Source of the DNA: a virus
DNA length: 64,000 nucleotides
Virus record (IMG/VR): IMGVR_UViG_3300032242_001844
Reading direction: 5' to 3' (one strand)
This document shows, piece after piece, positions 56,069-64,000 of this stretch (position 1 is the first letter of the stretch; each line of letters starts with the position of its first letter). A program made the position numbers and the translations under genes. The notes beneath the pieces were generated by a model. The model did no database searches. It saw only the letters and a list, made by a program, of their open reading frames with translations, and was not told where the DNA came from.

Positions 56069-56629
56069 TCATTTCTTTTTATCTAACCCTTTAATAAACT
56101 CTAATATTGTAATACGCTTTTCAAGATCAGCACGAGCAAGTGCAGAATTTTTTTCATTTAAGTCAATTTTATCGCCTAAATCACTACCCATCTTGGCAGT
56201 ACCTGCCGCAGCTTCACTTCTAATAGCAGCGCGAGCCTGTGCTGCTTCTGCCATCATTTCCATGCGTTGTCTTTCAAGTGCTGCCAATTGTTTTTCACGC
56301 TCTAGTGTCATATTACCACGCGCCAATGCCGCTTCTTTTTCCACTGTATCAATGCGTTGTGTAAGTTTTTCACGAATCTCAGCCATATCAATTGTAGTTC
56401 CTTGTGGAGGAATTGCTTTGCCATCGGCATTTACCACAATGTTTATCTTACTTTTTAATTGAATTATTTCAGTGTTGGCACTGCTAAGTGCGGTCATAAG
56501 ATATATCACGCAACTAAACAAAATAGGAATACCTGCAAACACTATCTTTTCTATTAGTGCGCCTTTGCTTTGGTTAGCCGCAAGTGTTTCGGCTATCTTT
56601 TCATTGCGTTCTTCTTGTGTCTGACTCAT
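56069..56629 (-). CDS. membrane-anchored coiled-coil protein
   Basis: TM segment followed by heptads; AAGGA RBS. Confidence 0.7.
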   Translation of the reverse strand: MSQTQEERNEKIAETLAANQSKGALIEKIVFAGIPILFSCVIYLMTALSSANTEIIQLKSKINIVVNADGKAIPPQGTTIDMAEIREKLTQRIDTVEKEAALARGNMTLEREKQLAALERQRMEMMAEAAQARAAIRSEAAAGTAKMGSDLGDKIDLNEKNSALARADLEKRITILEFIKGLDKKK

Positions 56630-56970
56630 TTATTATTCCTTCAATTACTGTAAGCATTCGTCTTACCGTCTGCACTGGAAATACGGTCAAGTTTTAGTTG
56701 AACCCTCAGAGTATTACTCATGAGCGCATTGTTTTTATCGAGCAATATACTTTAATATTGTTTCTAAGAGTAACACGCCGCTTACCGAACCAAAAAGACA
56801 ACCCATCCATACTTCTGGCCAGACCATAAAATTAGGAAGATGCTTTCTAATACATTGCCATTCTTGAGAAGACATAAGGTAGTGCTCCGAAACATTAACT
56901 GACAATATTATTTATTCTGTTAACTGAAAAAAATACTTGACTTATATTTGTTTTGGTGTATATTGATAAT

Positions 56971-57522
56971 ATGATTAAACATAGAGATGTAATGATCGAT
57001 ATCGAGACGCTAGGCAAAACGCCTGATGCAACAGTTTTAACTATTGCTGGTATTGCCTTTGACCGTATGGGAAATTACGGCATGGTAGCAGACCCAACCA
57101 CACTTGATTTTTTCTATACTCGTGTAGAAGTAGAAAATCAAAATCGTCAAATTGACGAAGATACTGTGCAATGGTGGGCAAAACAACCAGAAGAAGCAAA
57201 GGCAGAAGCATTTGCTGATAGCAACCGTTTGCCACTGCCAGAAGCAATGAAGAGTCTTAACCAGTGGGCGCAAGGAGCAGATCGCTATTGGGCAAATGGC
57301 GTTCAGTTTGATTTCAGTATTCTTGAAAGCTGTAATCGGCAGGTTGGATTTGATAACTCTTGGCATTTTTGGCAAGTGCTAGATGCTCGCACCATTTATA
57401 AACTGGTTCCTGACCATTTTATTCCACAAAATAACAAGCACCATGCACTATGGGACTGCTTGTCGCAAATACAACGCCTAACTGAGTGTTTCCACAAGTT
57501 GGGTGTATATCCAAATAAATAA
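56971..57522 (+). CDS. DEDDh 3'-5' exonuclease (RNase AS/ExoVIII-like)
   Basis: MIDIETL, WANG..FD, D.RT, HHALWDC; leaderless promoter. Confidence 0.88.
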   Translation: MIKHRDVMIDIETLGKTPDATVLTIAGIAFDRMGNYGMVADPTTLDFFYTRVEVENQNRQIDEDTVQWWAKQPEEAKAEAFADSNRLPLPEAMKSLNQWAQGADRYWANGVQFDFSILESCNRQVGFDNSWHFWQVLDARTIYKLVPDHFIPQNNKHHALWDCLSQIQRLTECFHKLGVYPNK

Positions 57523-57557
57523 TTCTTCAAACTTTAATCAACAAAGGAAAGACTGTT

Positions 57558-57920
57558 ATGAGCAAGACTTGGGGCTACCATCTACTACTAGACGCCACCG
57601 CTGGCGATAAGGAACTTATCGGTTCAAAGGAAAATATCTATAATTTTATTAAGGAACTAGTAGTTGTCATCGACATGACAGCTTTTGGTGAACCTTGGAT
57701 TGAGCGTTTTGCAACGCATGCTGCTGACAAGGCTGGATATAGTCTTTGTCAGATGATTGAAACATCAAACATCACTGGTCACTTCTGTGACAATGATGGC
57801 AATTTCTATATTGATGTTTTCTCATGCAAGCCATTTGAAAACGAACTTGTGTTTAGTACTGTAGAAAAGTATTTTAAACCGCAGAAGATTCGTCATCACT
57901 ATATTTCTCGTGATGCTTAA
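57558..57920 (+). CDS. S-adenosylmethionine decarboxylase-like proenzyme
   Basis: G.HLLLD, G.S....IETSNITGH, YIDVFSCK. Confidence 0.8.
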   Translation: MSKTWGYHLLLDATAGDKELIGSKENIYNFIKELVVVIDMTAFGEPWIERFATHAADKAGYSLCQMIETSNITGHFCDNDGNFYIDVFSCKPFENELVFSTVEKYFKPQKIRHHYISRDA

Positions 57921-57935
57921 TTAACAAAGGGCAGG

Positions 57936-59288
57936 TTATTCCTGCCCTTTTCCTATGTCAAATGAAAATTTGCCTTTGACAATAGTGCTCATATAATTCT
58001 TGCCAGCATCTATTTTAATACCGCCTGTAAACCTCGGCGGATAAGTTGACATAAACTTTGTTATATGAACATCATTTCCAACTACTTTAGCATCTGTATA
58101 TACTTGCAAGATACTTGCTTGGTTTAAGAAAGACATGCAGCTTTCTTGAAATTCTTTATCTTTGTTAAGTTTCACAGCTACTTCTTTGGCACAGTTTGCT
58201 AGTAGAACTAGTCCAATTTTGTAACCAGCACTGGTTCCAACACTGCCATACTTTACAAAAAGTTTCTTAGCATTGTCGCTTAATGCTTCTGGATCATCTG
58301 TTCCGTCTTTTATATTATCACGAATTTCTCTGCCAAGATACTCATCAATAATACCGAGGTCTTCGGCAAGTTTAATTGGACCTTCTTTAGCATTATTTTT
58401 TTGAATTGTTTCAATAACATCAACTGCTTTTTGGTGCGTTCTTCTTAAAGTATCGTTTGCTTTTTGCATAGCTTGGAATATATTAGCAACGCTTGCCATT
58501 GCACCCTTGTTGCCTTTGTTGCTGATACCCACGATGCCACCGCCAGCCGCAGTAAATTCACTATCTACTAGGTTATTGTTTTTATTTTGAGGCCAATGAA
58601 CTGTACAATTATCCCAATCTATTTTTAACAATTCGTTCTTAGCATTATTGGAATTTGAATCACTAATCAATCCAGCCATTAACGCAATAGGCGTAATAAT
58701 TTCACCAAGATGATCACGGATACTTTCTAGCTTTTCTGCGCTGTTTCTAAAGATTGGCATTTGTCCAAGAGCAGCCATGCGCAATCCATTTATGATTTCT
58801 TCTGGCGCTCCATTTGCCGCAATTGCATCAATGATATTATCAGTGCCAGTAAATTTCATTTCACTGCGAATTAAATCTTGTGGTGTTAATCCACTTCTTG
58901 CTTTCTTTGCAGTCTTGCTGTTAAACACCCATCCGCTTGGTAATTCATTGTTGTTCCAACTGCTAACAGTATTTGATGGCACTAGTTTATAATACCGTCC
59001 CCATAAAATTAGTTCACCATCATCGCCTTGCAGCGTAGCTATAGCAAATGCCTTTGTTTGTGGAGTTTGGCGGTTGACCCATTGTATTTGTTTACTCATA
59101 CTTTTTTCAACACGGTCAATTGCGATTGTAGCAGTGTCCCAATCTTTATAACCATTATTAGGTTTTGTATCTGGATACATTTGAACGCCTATGAACCTAG
59201 CAGTCACTCCATTGTCATTCATATATGGATCGCCTTCTTTGCGACCAAAAACGCCTTTTGCTTCAATTAGAAATTCTGATGCTCTCAT
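57936..59288 (-). CDS. putative internal head protein with restriction-endonuclease-like motif
   Basis: N-terminus MRASEFLIE; GE...P, LVDSE, GISNK pattern. Confidence 0.5.
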   Translation of the reverse strand: MRASEFLIEAKGVFGRKEGDPYMNDNGVTARFIGVQMYPDTKPNNGYKDWDTATIAIDRVEKSMSKQIQWVNRQTPQTKAFAIATLQGDDGELILWGRYYKLVPSNTVSSWNNNELPSGWVFNSKTAKKARSGLTPQDLIRSEMKFTGTDNIIDAIAANGAPEEIINGLRMAALGQMPIFRNSAEKLESIRDHLGEIITPIALMAGLISDSNSNNAKNELLKIDWDNCTVHWPQNKNNNLVDSEFTAAGGGIVGISNKGNKGAMASVANIFQAMQKANDTLRRTHQKAVDVIETIQKNNAKEGPIKLAEDLGIIDEYLGREIRDNIKDGTDDPEALSDNAKKLFVKYGSVGTSAGYKIGLVLLANCAKEVAVKLNKDKEFQESCMSFLNQASILQVYTDAKVVGNDVHITKFMSTYPPRFTGGIKIDAGKNYMSTIVKGKFSFDIGKGQE

Positions 59289-60010
59289 GTTATAGCTTTC
59301 CAATTTGGATCAGCATCAAGCAGTGTCATTAGTTCATCTATTTTTTGTTGCGGAAGTTTTGCAAGAATACTTTCAACGCTGCCAAGGTCACCACCAATTG
59401 CATACGAGCCAAGCAGAGTGCGAGCAACTACATCGATGTTATTGCTTATAAGGTCACCACGCTTGCCATCTGGTGTACGATTAAACAACCCATTCCATGG
59501 ACTCCACATCATTCCTTTTGTCTTAGCTAACACACTCATTAGGATTGCTTTATGCGTTCCTTTAAACTTACTGCCAAGTGGAATATTATGTTTGTGAAAT
59601 TTGCTAATCTCACCTGCGTGTGGTGTAACCATAATATCAGTCTGTGCTTTTTTACCATTTGGTAGCGGAACTAACATATGTACATTGATGCCACTTTGCG
59701 CAGTCTCAAAACCTTTTTGTGTTAGATAATCACGCAGCGCACGACGCGCTTCTTTAGCATCTTTTACTTTGAAATACGATTGAACTGCGCCTTCATCTGC
59801 CATGACATCAAAGTCACCGCTTATTTTTCTTGGCGTTGGTGTTGCGCCACTGCCAATAGGCGTTACTGATATATTTGTTGGAGCAAGTGCATCGTTTACA
59901 ATTTTAATAATGTGTGTAGCATACTGTTGATCAAAATCTTCAGCATCCTTAAACATATTTCCGCCCTCAAGGAGCAATCGTGACTCTGTGATAAATTCTC
60001 TGCTGCGCAT
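59285..60010 (-). CDS. putative virion-packaged nucleotidyltransferase (Pol-beta fold)
   Basis: MRSREFITE/LLE N-terminus; IGSG.......SGDFDV...QTDIM. Confidence 0.65.
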   Translation of the reverse strand: MRSREFITESRLLLEGGNMFKDAEDFDQQYATHIIKIVNDALAPTNISVTPIGSGATPTPRKISGDFDVMADEGAVQSYFKVKDAKEARRALRDYLTQKGFETAQSGINVHMLVPLPNGKKAQTDIMVTPHAGEISKFHKHNIPLGSKFKGTHKAILMSVLAKTKGMMWSPWNGLFNRTPDGKRGDLISNNIDVVARTLLGSYAIGGDLGSVESILAKLPQQKIDELMTLLDADPNWKAIT

Positions 60011-60014
60011 GTAG

Positions 60015-60028
60015 TATTTATTTAAATA
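60015..60028. promoter_or_regulatory. back-to-back TAAATA late-type promoters
   Basis: TATTTA (60015-60020, minus strand) and TAAATA (60023-60028), 4 and 6 nt from divergent ATGs. Confidence 0.55.
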
Positions 60029-60034
60029 TGTTCT

Positions 60035-60718
60035 ATGAGAATCTTAATTTTTGGTGATAGTTGGGGATGCGGAGAGTGGGGCAAAGATTCCAATAACAAA
60101 TATAAAGTTCTTCATAAAGGTATAGAGCATTATTTGTTAAACGACGGTCATATCGTTGAAAACATTAGTGTTGGTGGAAGTTCTATCAGTGATGCTATAC
60201 AAAATTTGAAAAAAAATAATACCAGCGAATATGACTTTGCAATATTTTTTCAAACTGATCCGCTTAGAAATTTAAGACCATATCACAAAATTTACGAAAA
60301 ATTTTTATCATTCAATGATGTAATTAAAATACAAGATGAAATACTAGATTACAGCTATAATTTATTAGATAATATTGGTATAAAAATTTATTTTTTTGGA
60401 GGGTGTAGCAAAATTAAAATTAATAATATAAAAAATTACAATAATTTAATTCCAGTGTTACCAGCAATAACAGAATTTTTATTTCCTGAATATAACCATC
60501 CTTTAGTATGGGTAAGTGATATTTTAAATAGGAATGATGTATTAAAAAATTTAAATTTAGATGTATTAACTGGTTTTTTTGAACAAAAAAGAAAACAAGA
60601 TATGTTATTCAATAAAGAATATGCACACTATTTTGGAACAGATGGAAGACATCCAAATAGATTAGGGCATTATAGAATATATGAATATTTTAAAGATAAT
60701 ATTTTAAATCAATTATGA
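60035..60718 (+). CDS. SGNH/GDSL hydrolase-like protein
   Basis: FGDSW, GGSS, DGRHPN..GH; AT-rich. Confidence 0.75.
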   Translation: MRILIFGDSWGCGEWGKDSNNKYKVLHKGIEHYLLNDGHIVENISVGGSSISDAIQNLKKNNTSEYDFAIFFQTDPLRNLRPYHKIYEKFLSFNDVIKIQDEILDYSYNLLDNIGIKIYFFGGCSKIKINNIKNYNNLIPVLPAITEFLFPEYNHPLVWVSDILNRNDVLKNLNLDVLTGFFEQKRKQDMLFNKEYAHYFGTDGRHPNRLGHYRIYEYFKDNILNQL

Positions 60719-61350
60719 GGTTGACTTAAAGCTGCGCCAAGGGCTGCACCAATCATAACGCCGATTGCAAGTGCTGCTGCATTGTTTGCGCCTTGATCTT
60801 GCTGGTAATAGCCTTGTGGATAACCTTGTTGGTATCCTTGCTGCTGGTAAAATTGTTGTTGTCTTTGCCACATCATTGCGCGTTGACGATCAAAATTTGC
60901 TTGACGCTGCATGTTGTACTGTTGTGCTTGATATGGAGATATCATGCGTATGTAAATGTCTTGTGCTTGCGCTGGTGATGCTTGTGCTAAACTACTAGCA
61001 ACAGCTAGTGCTGCTGCAATTTTAGTACTGTTAGATTTCCAGTTGCTGCCGCCTTTTTTAGACATTTCGGTTTCAATTGCATCAGCAGCTTCGTCACCTT
61101 GTTTAGCACGAACTTGTGCTAAGACATTTTCAAATTTCTTAGTTATCGAAGGCAGAATATTCTTTGCATTATCTTTTACCTTATCAGCAAAAGCAGCAGC
61201 TTTTTCCTTGATGGTATCAATGATACCTTCGTCTAGTTGTGAACCTTCAACCATTAAACCACGAACTAATTCAGCAATTTCAGGGTCCATGCTATGGTTA
61301 ATTTCTAAACCTTCTAGCACTAACATTGTAAGTCTGATATCGTTGTTCAT
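60709..61350 (-). CDS. hypothetical protein with Gln/Tyr-rich and glycine-zipper C-terminus
   Basis: AGGAGA RBS, LDEG site, QQGY repeats, AAALAIGVMIGAALGAAL. Confidence 0.65.
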   Translation of the reverse strand: MNNDIRLTMLVLEGLEINHSMDPEIAELVRGLMVEGSQLDEGIIDTIKEKAAAFADKVKDNAKNILPSITKKFENVLAQVRAKQGDEAADAIETEMSKKGGSNWKSNSTKIAAALAVASSLAQASPAQAQDIYIRMISPYQAQQYNMQRQANFDRQRAMMWQRQQQFYQQQGYQQGYPQGYYQQDQGANNAAALAIGVMIGAALGAALSQPHN

Positions 61351-61370
61351 GGCGTAATCTCTCCTGTTGT

Positions 61371-62018
61371 TTATTTATGAGACGCCTCACCATAAAATTC
61401 ATTTACATACTGTACAAATTCTTTTTCAGCTTTTATATGTAAATTATACCATGTGTTATGCAATTCACATGCTGTTTCATATCTGTCTTCAACATCAAAC
61501 CAGTGAATTATATTGTTATAAAATTTTCTATCAAGCGTTTGTGAAAATAAATGTGATGCTTCAATCGGCAATACTCTGTTATCTTGCTGAGCAAGTTCAA
61601 GTGTTTCTCTGTTACTGCTTTCAATATGGTCAATGAAATTTTTACGCCGCCTATTATTAAGGTTGCTATTAATCTTAAAATAACATCTATAACATAATTC
61701 TGGATTAATGGTTAGCGCAATGATTTTGGCAAAGGTATTTTTATTATTTTTAATAAATTCAAAATCATGACTGAATAGTATTTCTGCACTAAAATGTTCA
61801 CGAGTTTGCCATTCATAATATAACCAATTATCCCAAGTTTTTTGGGGTGGATAACATAGTGTTTTTATTATTTCTAATTTCTTATCAAATTTATGCGCTA
61901 CTATTTTATTATTAAATTGCAGAGGAAATTTATCAGATAGTAGCAGCAGTGTTCTTACATGGTTACCAAATCCTCCAATTGGAGCATTTACATTGTAAGT
62001 ATCACTCTTTAATATCAT
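61371..62018 (-). CDS. hypothetical protein (sulfotransferase-like candidate)
   Basis: P.GGFGNH N-terminal loop; AT-rich; coupled to the methyltransferase. Confidence 0.45.
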   Translation of the reverse strand: MILKSDTYNVNAPIGGFGNHVRTLLLLSDKFPLQFNNKIVAHKFDKKLEIIKTLCYPPQKTWDNWLYYEWQTREHFSAEILFSHDFEFIKNNKNTFAKIIALTINPELCYRCYFKINSNLNNRRRKNFIDHIESSNRETLELAQQDNRVLPIEASHLFSQTLDRKFYNNIIHWFDVEDRYETACELHNTWYNLHIKAEKEFVQYVNEFYGEASHK

Positions 62019-63229
62019 TGAATGATTATCTCTGGAAAGTACTTAACAAATACATCGCCTTTAAAGTTGCGAACTTTTTTAATTCTGCCAACAATTTCAT
62101 CAAAGAAGTTCCATGCCAGCGGCACAAAACAAATTTCACGGTCAGGATACCGCTTTAACTCATCAATGGTAACAACAGGTATGCTCATGCCTGGAGTAAA
62201 CTTGCCTTGCTTAAGTGGGTTATCATCGATAATAAAGTCCATATCAATGTTACCAAAGTTAAGCAGTGTGTTGCCCTTGGCAGGTGCTCCATAGCCTACT
62301 ATAAGTCGCTGGTGAGCCTTGCGCTGCCCGTCTAGGACCATAGAAAGGTCATTAACTGTGCGCCTTGCTCCACTTGCCCATGCTTCATATGTAGCATAAT
62401 TATGCAGTCCTTGTATACGCTCCCAATCAAGATATGATGATATACGAGCAGGACTATGTTGATCCGTTGAGAACACAAAGATATTGCTGCCACCGTGAAT
62501 AGTTCCCTTGAATACATCAATCATGTTTAGCCCAACACTGTTAGCGAGCGTGTATAAACTCTTCACACTAAAGAAATTACGGTGCTCGTGATAGATGGTA
62601 TCAAACTCATTATTCTGAATCATGTCGCTCTGAGAGTTTTGAATAAACAACAGTGTATTAGGATTCATAATATTGCGACACAGTTTTAAGAACACCTCTG
62701 GATCATCCTGATGCGCAAATACATTCTGTGCATAAATGATGTCAGGTGTCTTGCCTACTTTGAGTAAGGCTTCTGGTGTCAAGAAATCACAAATAATTTT
62801 ATGGTTCTTAGAAGAAATTGGATAGATGTTTTCAGCAGGATCAATACCAATGGTTTCTAATCCATGCTTCTTGAAATAGTTTAACTGAGTGCCGTCATTG
62901 CAGCCAATTTCTAAAACTCTACGAGGTTTAACATCTGGAAAATATTCCATAACATAATCTGCAAACCATGCAAAATAATTCTGCATCGTGAGACTAGTGC
63001 CACTAACATAAAGATAATTTTTAAAAATAATATTGCCATCAACAGCATGGGTAAGCTGTAGATGCGAACAGTCACTACAATAATTTACCGCAAGTGGATA
63101 AGTGTTTTCAGGTTCGACAGCCGTTGCCTTAAAACTATTGGCAAGCGGTTGTGAACCCAAGTCTAGTGTAAGTTTAAGGTTATGATTGCCGCAGCATAGA
63201 CAACGGCGAAGTGGTTTGCAATCGGTCAT
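62015..63229 (-). CDS. NDP-hexose C-methyltransferase
   Basis: Zn site CLCC...CSDC, EIGCNDG, NVFAH, FDTIYHEH, HGGS, GYGAPAKGNTLLN, LAWNF. Confidence 0.9.
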   Translation of the reverse strand: MTDCKPLRRCLCCGNHNLKLTLDLGSQPLANSFKATAVEPENTYPLAVNYCSDCSHLQLTHAVDGNIIFKNYLYVSGTSLTMQNYFAWFADYVMEYFPDVKPRRVLEIGCNDGTQLNYFKKHGLETIGIDPAENIYPISSKNHKIICDFLTPEALLKVGKTPDIIYAQNVFAHQDDPEVFLKLCRNIMNPNTLLFIQNSQSDMIQNNEFDTIYHEHRNFFSVKSLYTLANSVGLNMIDVFKGTIHGGSNIFVFSTDQHSPARISSYLDWERIQGLHNYATYEAWASGARRTVNDLSMVLDGQRKAHQRLIVGYGAPAKGNTLLNFGNIDMDFIIDDNPLKQGKFTPGMSIPVVTIDELKRYPDREICFVPLAWNFFDEIVGRIKKVRNFKGDVFVKYFPEIIIQ

Positions 63230-63239
63230 ATGGTAGTTA

Positions 63240-63461
63240 TTACAACCCGATCATCTTGCTAGAATATTTGAAGCCGCCACCGCGATAATCTTCTACAAGA
63301 TAGTCTGCGAGAATTTCAAAACGAAGTGCAGCATCATCGTCGCCACTCTTCTCAAGATCACTCTTGGCTTCTCGCAAGAACCTAATCAAACTGGTAACAG
63401 AAATCTTGTCGCTATCAACCAATGCTGCTGCATGGGTTTTACCTGCTCGTTGATTACTCAT
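63240..63461 (-). CDS. hypothetical protein
   Basis: AGGAGA RBS. Confidence 0.7.
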   Translation of the reverse strand: MSNQRAGKTHAAALVDSDKISVTSLIRFLREAKSDLEKSGDDDAALRFEILADYLVEDYRGGGFKYSSKMIGL

Positions 63462-63701
63462 TTTATTCTCCTATTAAAGGTGTCCAAGGTAGATAATAGT
63501 ATCCCAGATTTTGCCAGTACCTATAAAATAGGCAAAAAAAGAAAATCCAAGAAGCGCAAAGAAATCATCATATGTAATACGCATAGTTTTCTCCATTGCT
63601 TATAACCTAATATAACATGTTTTCGGGTCTTGTCAAGCGAAAAATAACCCTTGACAGCTTCTAAATTTGTGCTATATTGGGTTATAAGGAGAACACAAAC
63701 G

Positions 63702-63860
63702 ATGTATGACATGGATAAATTGCGCTTTCTGGCTTCACTTTATTGTGACAGAAAAAACCTTGTTTATGACTCATATATGGAAGGTTTGCTATCCAACGGT
63801 GAACTTAGTCAAGACATGATTAAGGCTCTCGTTGACTATCATAAGGAATACTTAAAATGA
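63702..63860 (+). CDS. small hypothetical protein
   Basis: TTGACA...GCTATATT promoter, AAGGAG RBS. Confidence 0.65.
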   Translation: MYDMDKLRFLASLYCDRKNLVYDSYMEGLLSNGELSQDMIKALVDYHKEYLK

Positions 63861-64000
63861 GCAAGATTATCGTATGTGACATTGATGGCACGATTGCCAA
63901 CACTGAACATCGCAAGCATTGGGTTGCAAGCAAGCCAAAGAACTGGGCTGCTTGGAACGCTGGTATGGCGAATGATACGGTGCATGAAGATATTAGGTGG
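63857..64000 (+). CDS. HAD phosphatase (PseT 3'-phosphatase-like), truncated by the window edge
   Basis: MSKIIVCDIDGTIAN.EHR motif. Confidence 0.75.
   Translation, partial: MSKIIVCDIDGTIANTEHRKHWVASKPKNWAAWNAGMANDTVHEDIRW

Noticed and set aside
56630-56910. Short minus-strand ORFs or ncRNA in this gap
   Set aside because: Only ~26- and ~56-codon ORFs with no recognisable motif and no convincing structure.
63521-63712. Minus-strand 63-aa ORF
   Set aside because: It spans divergent promoters and overlaps the plus-strand RBS; a shorter membrane peptide in another frame is more plausible but unsupported.
1-64000. Genome-wide TAG reassignment (genetic code 15)
   Set aside because: Long conserved genes (nrdA, nrdB, helicases, metK, tail fibre) are intact under code 11 with high coding density, and TAG at 26822 and 35337 behaves as a real stop overlapping the next gene.

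Overview
This window is 64 kb of a large, AT-rich, T4-distant (jumbo-type) tailed phage genome, probably infecting an alphaproteobacterium. The host inference rests on a permuted two-piece tmRNA, a ROSE-like thermometer on hsp20, and PhaR-like boxes on a phasin-like gene. Left to right it carries: (1) replication genes (AAA ATPase, UvsW-like helicase, gp62-like protein, a 186-aa DnaE-like polymerase core, primase, gp41/DnaB helicase); (2) late/virion genes with TAAATA promoters, including a tail fibre, PAAR and a lysozyme-tipped glycine-rich protein; (3) nrdA, nrdB and glutaredoxin; (4) a translation and proteostasis cluster (tmRNA, bS21, Hsp20, ClpS, RimK, tRNAs); and (5) many auxiliary metabolic and glycan-modifying genes (guaC, metK, speD-like, uvsE, carbamoyltransferase, NDP-sugar dehydratase and C-methyltransferase, LpxH-like, GT4). 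The most striking observations are an amber-suppressor tRNA (CUA) about 350 nt upstream of a gene whose third codon is an in-frame TAG, and two unannotated tRNA-shaped ncRNAs with large inserts. Also notable are the permuted tmRNA, a family of proteins with T4-like capsid-targeting N-termini (including nucleotidyltransferase and nuclease folds), and systematically leaderless replication genes. All homology calls come from motif recognition only; no database searches were run.
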